From positions 64,001 to 128,000 of the forward strand of contig CAWGIE010000023.1 of NCBI GenBank assembly GCA_963822585.1: a stretch of 64,000 nucleotides of DNA. The letters are read 5' to 3'. The notes under the pieces were generated by a model. The model ran no database searches. It was not told the DNA's origin and worked only from the letters and a program-made list of their open reading frames with translations. The DNA is from an uncultured bacterium (lineage in GTDB: Bacteria; Auribacterota; Erginobacteria; Erginobacterales; Erginobacteraceae). The position numbers and the translations under genes were made by a program. Of the stretch, positions 59,703 to 64,000 are shown piece by piece (within the stretch, counting starts at the first letter, position 1; every line of letters begins with the position of its first letter).

Positions 59703-61592
59703 TTACCGAATATAGCCCAGGGCTTTTAAGTTCTTCAGCCTTATTTCTACTTCATCATCATTGGAGGCCGTTTCCTTCTCATATGCCCGCACTTTTTCGG
59801 GAACAAACTTAACATGCCGGATGACATAAGGCTTGCTGTCCTGAGGAGAGAAATCAAATTCGAGAGAAAATGTGTTATCTTTTACAGTCATTTCTCCCAG
59901 TTCAAGGTAATACAGATAATTTTCCCCGCTTTTCTTGAATAACTCAATACTTAGAGGTTCCTGAAAGGCGCTTTGATCTCCATACCTGAACTTGAAACCA
60001 AAATCCGCGGGAGGAACAACTATTTCCCCAGTCGATTCCATAAGAATGGATATGTCGTAAGTGCCATCAAGAAATTCAGAGTTGATGGTTAAAGGCACGG
60101 TTTGGCCTTTATCCGAAAGACGATAAAGGCCGAAATTCTTCTTGTTGCGGATCAGTACCCACGGCATTTTGGCGGCGCTTTCGTCCCAGGCGGCCAATTT
60201 TTCATAAGCTGACTCGGGAGTTATCCGAAAATCATCAATGGAAAAATAAAATATATACTCAGGGGGACATTTTCTAACCGCATTCTTGTATCTTTCCTTA
60301 TAAGGGGCCAGGCTTTGTTGATGAAGCTTTCGCATCTTCCGTCTCAACTCCGGTTCCTTGTCTATCAAGTTAGTATCTTCCCCGGGATCACTTTTCAGGT
60401 CGAACAACATACTTGCGGGTGTTGTTATGTATTTGTAATCCTGGATTCTGACCGCTGCTTCCGTGAAAACCGCTGCTTTAGTTTGGGTTGGATCATTGAT
60501 GTAGCTCATCAAGCTCCTTCCGTCCATATTCTTATCTTTCGGCAGGCTGAGCCCGCAAATATCAAGGATAGTTGGCATAACATCCACCGACTCCGTCATC
60601 CCGGAGATTCTGGTATCCTTCGGAAGCAGGGGAGGGTAGCGCATAATCAAGGGTATTCGAATTTGCGGATCAAATTCCGGTTTGTGGTGCCCATAAAAAT
60701 CATGCTCTCCCAGCATTTCCCCGTGATCGGAGGTGATTACCACCAGGGTTTTGTCGGCCAGACCCAGCTTTTCAAGCTTGTCGAACAAATTGCCTATCCA
60801 TAGATCCGTGTGATGCAGGTTGCTGTCATACAACCCTTTCAAGACCTTGATTTCTCTCTCGTCCCATCGCTTGCCAGGCAGTTGCCCGGTTTCTGATTTT
60901 CTTGCAATCTGTCGGATGGCTTCACGTTCTGAATAAGGTATTTCGGAGAGGAATATCTCATCAGATTCTTTCTCCGGATAGGGGGAATGCGGCGACATAA
61001 TATGGCAATAGACAAAGAAATTATCAGCTCTATTGTTTTTCAGCCAAGAACTAAGTTCAGCAATGATTTTATCTTCCCAGGGGGCTTTACCATCTCTAAT
61101 TAATGAAGGGAGAAAAATATTCTCGTCAAATTTCTGTGCTATGTAAGTGTTCCCGTCAAACCAGCCATTGTTATGGATCAGCAGGGTCTTATAACCATTT
61201 TTGGAAAACACTTCGGGCAGCAAAATCTGCTGTTCGTCATAGTCCTTGATTAATGTGGCGGGAGATTCTCTACGAATATCATAATTCGGACTTGCGTCAC
61301 GAGACACGGGTAATGAATAATAACGGGAAAATAAATACTTCGGCACTGAGTTGACCGTATAAGTCGCGTTAGAATAATGATTCAAAAACAGAACCCCTTG
61401 TTTCCCGATTTGATCCATATGAGGCGTAGTATTTTTTCCATATCCGTAACTTGAAAAATGATCGGCGCGGGCAGCGTCGAGGATAATGAAAATAACATTC
61501 GGGGCCGAGGGAACGCTGGAGGAACAACCGATAAGCACAAGTCCGCATAACTTGCATAACAATAACATCATCAAACATCTACTTCTCATCAA
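59703..61592 (-). CDS. Sulfatase-like (AlkP superfamily) probable lipoprotein
   Basis: LIGC, NVIFIILDAARADH, TSDHGEMLGEH, C-terminal LKALGYI. Confidence 0.85.
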   Translation of the reverse strand: MMRSRCLMMLLLCKLCGLVLIGCSSSVPSAPNVIFIILDAARADHFSSYGYGKNTTPHMDQIGKQGVLFLNHYSNATYTVNSVPKYLFSRYYSLPVSRDASPNYDIRRESPATLIKDYDEQQILLPEVFSKNGYKTLLIHNNGWFDGNTYIAQKFDENIFLPSLIRDGKAPWEDKIIAELSSWLKNNRADNFFVYCHIMSPHSPYPEKESDEIFLSEIPYSEREAIRQIARKSETGQLPGKRWDEREIKVLKGLYDSNLHHTDLWIGNLFDKLEKLGLADKTLVVITSDHGEMLGEHDFYGHHKPEFDPQIRIPLIMRYPPLLPKDTRISGMTESVDVMPTILDICGLSLPKDKNMDGRSLMSYINDPTQTKAAVFTEAAVRIQDYKYITTPASMLFDLKSDPGEDTNLIDKEPELRRKMRKLHQQSLAPYKERYKNAVRKCPPEYIFYFSIDDFRITPESAYEKLAAWDESAAKMPWVLIRNKKNFGLYRLSDKGQTVPLTINSEFLDGTYDISILMESTGEIVVPPADFGFKFRYGDQSAFQEPLSIELFKKSGENYLYYLELGEMTVKDNTFSLEFDFSPQDSKPYVIRHVKFVPEKVRAYEKETASNDDEVEIRLKNLKALGYIR

Positions 61593-62813
61593 TCAATTAT
61601 CCATCGCTTTGTTATAGATAGCCATCAAACTTCGGTAGTGGTGCTCGGGAGAATAAATATCTTCTACGGTTTTTCTTGCCAGTTTCCCCATTCCAGACCG
61701 GGAAGGGAAATCATCCAGAATTTTCACTATTTTATCCCGGAGATCATCCGGGTCTCCCGGTCGAAATGTATAACCGGTCTTACCGTCGGCAACAAGCTCC
61801 GGAATACCCCCTATTCTCGCTCCAATCACCGGCTTCCCTAAGGCAAAAGATTCCAACACAGATCGAGGATTATTTTCGTACCATGTTGATGGGACAACCA
61901 CGGCAACTGAATTCCTAATTTCAGTGTGTAAGCTCTCTCCCGTCCTATAGCCTAGAACTTGCACGTTCGATATCTTTTCTCGCTTGATCTTTTCGACAAG
62001 CTTGCTTTTGAGAGGTCCTTCGCCGATTATCTTTAAGCCGCAATCGATATTTTTAATCGCGTCGATCAAAATAGAAATGCCTTTTTCCCGTGAGAGTCGT
62101 CCAAAATAAAGCAAATAGTTTCCGCTCGAATCATATCGGGGATGAAAATTTTTAACCGGCACAAAGTTCGGCAGGTATACCACTTCACTTCTGAATCCCA
62201 TTTCCCTGACCTTTTCCAGTAAAAATTTACTGGGGGAAATGAATAGCTTAATTTTTCCATACACCTTTAACACGTTATGGTGGAGGTACATCTCCATCGT
62301 ATTCAATATGCTTTTTAGATAAGAGTTTTTAACGCAACTTTTTAAAACGCAATTGTAATATCGGCCGCCCCGGCAGCTTTCACACGGTTTGCCGGCATAA
62401 TGCATTGTGTATGAGGGGCATACCATCTTATAATCCCGCATCGTCATCACCATGGGAATATTATGCCGGTGCAGCGTGTCGATTATCGACGGCGATATTT
62501 GATGAGCGAAATTATTTAAATGCGCGATATCTACATTTTCCATTTTGAGGAAATTTTCCAATTTATTTCTGGATTCAAAAGAATATAAAAGCCGCGCCGC
62601 ACGCGTTATGTTCGTTTTCAGGCTGGCCGGCTGGTTAAAATCTACATACGGGACAAAAAGGTCATGGTGCATATATTCCGGATTATCTTCATGATCCATC
62701 CCCCAGAATAATACATCGTGATTATTTTCGATTAACAATTCTCCCGTATTTATCGTACTGATGGCGCAGCCACCGCGTTTGTATAGATACTTGTTGATTA
62801 GAAGGATTCTCAT
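61593..62813 (-). CDS. GT4 glycosyltransferase
   Basis: MRILLINK, YFGRLSREKG, PSTWYENNP..LESFALGKPVIG..GGIPE. Confidence 0.93.
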   Translation of the reverse strand: MRILLINKYLYKRGGCAISTINTGELLIENNHDVLFWGMDHEDNPEYMHHDLFVPYVDFNQPASLKTNITRAARLLYSFESRNKLENFLKMENVDIAHLNNFAHQISPSIIDTLHRHNIPMVMTMRDYKMVCPSYTMHYAGKPCESCRGGRYYNCVLKSCVKNSYLKSILNTMEMYLHHNVLKVYGKIKLFISPSKFLLEKVREMGFRSEVVYLPNFVPVKNFHPRYDSSGNYLLYFGRLSREKGISILIDAIKNIDCGLKIIGEGPLKSKLVEKIKREKISNVQVLGYRTGESLHTEIRNSVAVVVPSTWYENNPRSVLESFALGKPVIGARIGGIPELVADGKTGYTFRPGDPDDLRDKIVKILDDFPSRSGMGKLARKTVEDIYSPEHHYRSLMAIYNKAMDN

Positions 62814-62826
62814 ACCGAGCGACCGA

Positions 62827-64000
62827 TCATAGCTTTATTTGATGTGTCTTTTCCAGGCGGCGGCATTTCAAGGCTATACCCAGCGTAGCCCAGAAATAGA
62901 ATTGAAAAGCAGTCGCCCGGAGAAAATTGCTGGATAGGCTGCCGATCTGCCAGGAAATGAACACAGCCAACAGGATGAAAAGAAGTCTTTTTAATTGAAG
63001 GTCCTTTGCTGCCTTGTATTCCCAGAATATGCTTGATGCCACAAAGATGTTGAATAATAAATATAGGCTAAAACCAAATACACCTGTTTCCAGTAAATAC
63101 TTGATATAGTCGTTGTGGGCTTCCGCTGGTTCGCCAGTCGGCATTATCATCGGGTTGATAATATTGGTAGCCTGAAGACCATACCCTGTGAATGGCTGGT
63201 CTTCCCATAACCTGATCAAATGCCACCAGTTGGCTAATCTCCACGAAATTGAATCGCTTAATTCCTCATGCTGAATATTGTGCTTGAAATTTGCACCTTC
63301 TATTTCCTGAAGGCGTTGCTGGACTTGTTCGTTCTGAGATAACATGAAAATAAATATCAAAATTACTATTACAATGGAAATTTTATAATAAATATTTTCT
63401 TGCCATAAAATAATATTCAAAAGTAATACAAACATTATTATCCCGTTAAAGCTTACGGTTGAAATCAACGCGAATAATTCAAAAAGCAATATTATCCCCC
63501 ATGTTTTCCCGTAATTTTTTCTCCATTTCCAGTATGTCAGTCCTATAAATAATACAATAAACAGGGCGTAGGTGTTCGGGTGAGCTATCGTCCCATAGAT
63601 CCTGTGGATATCATTCATAACTATGCCTGTCCTGTTGATAAGCTGATAATATCCAACACCCAATGGGACTATCAATGAAAGCATTATTGCCGTCAGGAAC
63701 TTGTTAATATTGGCAATGTTTACCATATTATACGTAATCACAAAGACCATCAAGATCGCCAGGAGTCTGGTCAGCTCCCTGATGGCGATGATGCCGTCTA
63801 AGTTGAATTTGTAAATACTCAAACCGACAAACGGGACCAAGATAACCAGCCATAATCCATAGTACAAAGAAATCGGAGGGAAAACGCTTTTTTTATTAAT
63901 CAGAAGATAGATGCAACCTCCGATTAAAATATAAATACTCAGCGCGGCTGGAACATTAAAGGTTACGTCGGCAAAGATATAACCCGTTCCCGTGAATACA
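62827..64000 (-). CDS. O-antigen ligase/Wzy-family membrane protein; 5' end lies outside the window
   Basis: RIYGTIAHPN, SWR..W..PFTGYG, AHNDYIKYLLETGVFG; frame is open from 63867 to the window edge. Confidence 0.87.
   Translation of the reverse strand, partial: VFTGTGYIFADVTFNVPAALSIYILIGGCIYLLINKKSVFPPISLYYGLWLVILVPFVGLSIYKFNLDGIIAIRELTRLLAILMVFVITYNMVNIANINKFLTAIMLSLIVPLGVGYYQLINRTGIVMNDIHRIYGTIAHPNTYALFIVLFIGLTYWKWRKNYGKTWGIILLFELFALISTVSFNGIIMFVLLLNIILWQENIYYKISIVIVILIFIFMLSQNEQVQQRLQEIEGANFKHNIQHEELSDSISWRLANWWHLIRLWEDQPFTGYGLQATNIINPMIMPTGEPAEAHNDYIKYLLETGVFGFSLYLLFNIFVASSIFWEYKAAKDLQLKRLLFILLAVFISWQIGSLSSNFLRATAFQFYFWATLGIALKCRRLEKTHQIKL

Noticed and set aside
47259..61592. Sulfated-fucan degradation locus feeding the BMC
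   Set aside because: The sulfatase-like proteins lack (C/S)xPxR, the context is biosynthetic, and no fucose transporter, isomerase or kinase is present in the window.

Overview
Bacterial chromosomal window, GC-rich in its core genes with lower-GC patches. It is Gram-negative (lpxD). The repeated C-terminal 'GDYNGDGxxDIAIFRPSxGLWAVRGITRxYFG' module recalls PVC-affiliated candidate lineages, but that is recollection and was not checked. Contents in order: two secreted papain-family proteases; lpxD; a tRNA-Met(CAT) locus; an orphan ParB-domain gene; a very large surface-glycan region; a six-domain DUF1566/Lcl surface protein; and a bacterial microcompartment (BMC) locus. The glycan region has two Wzm/Wzt modules, Wzx, an O-antigen ligase/Wzy-type protein, many GT4/GT2/GT-C enzymes, methyltransferases, a radical SAM enzyme, AlkP-superfamily enzymes, an arylsulfotransferase and a GH29 fucosidase. 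The BMC locus carries an aldehyde dehydrogenase, a class II aldolase and PduS/PduT-like proteins. The most striking structure is at 4261-5240. A small GIY-YIG nuclease gene sits between a disrupted tRNA 5' half and the intact tRNA, and its stop codon lies in the anticodon loop. Two more tRNA 3'-part copies follow. All non-functional copies are cleanly interrupted by 21-43 bp CCCCG..CGGGG(TAAA) hairpin inserts, and related inserts occur at 8175/8268. A second anomaly is a 493-bp, almost C-free block inserted cleanly in a GT4 gene (31326-31818). Several small frameshifts suggest consensus indel errors, so artefacts must be excluded.
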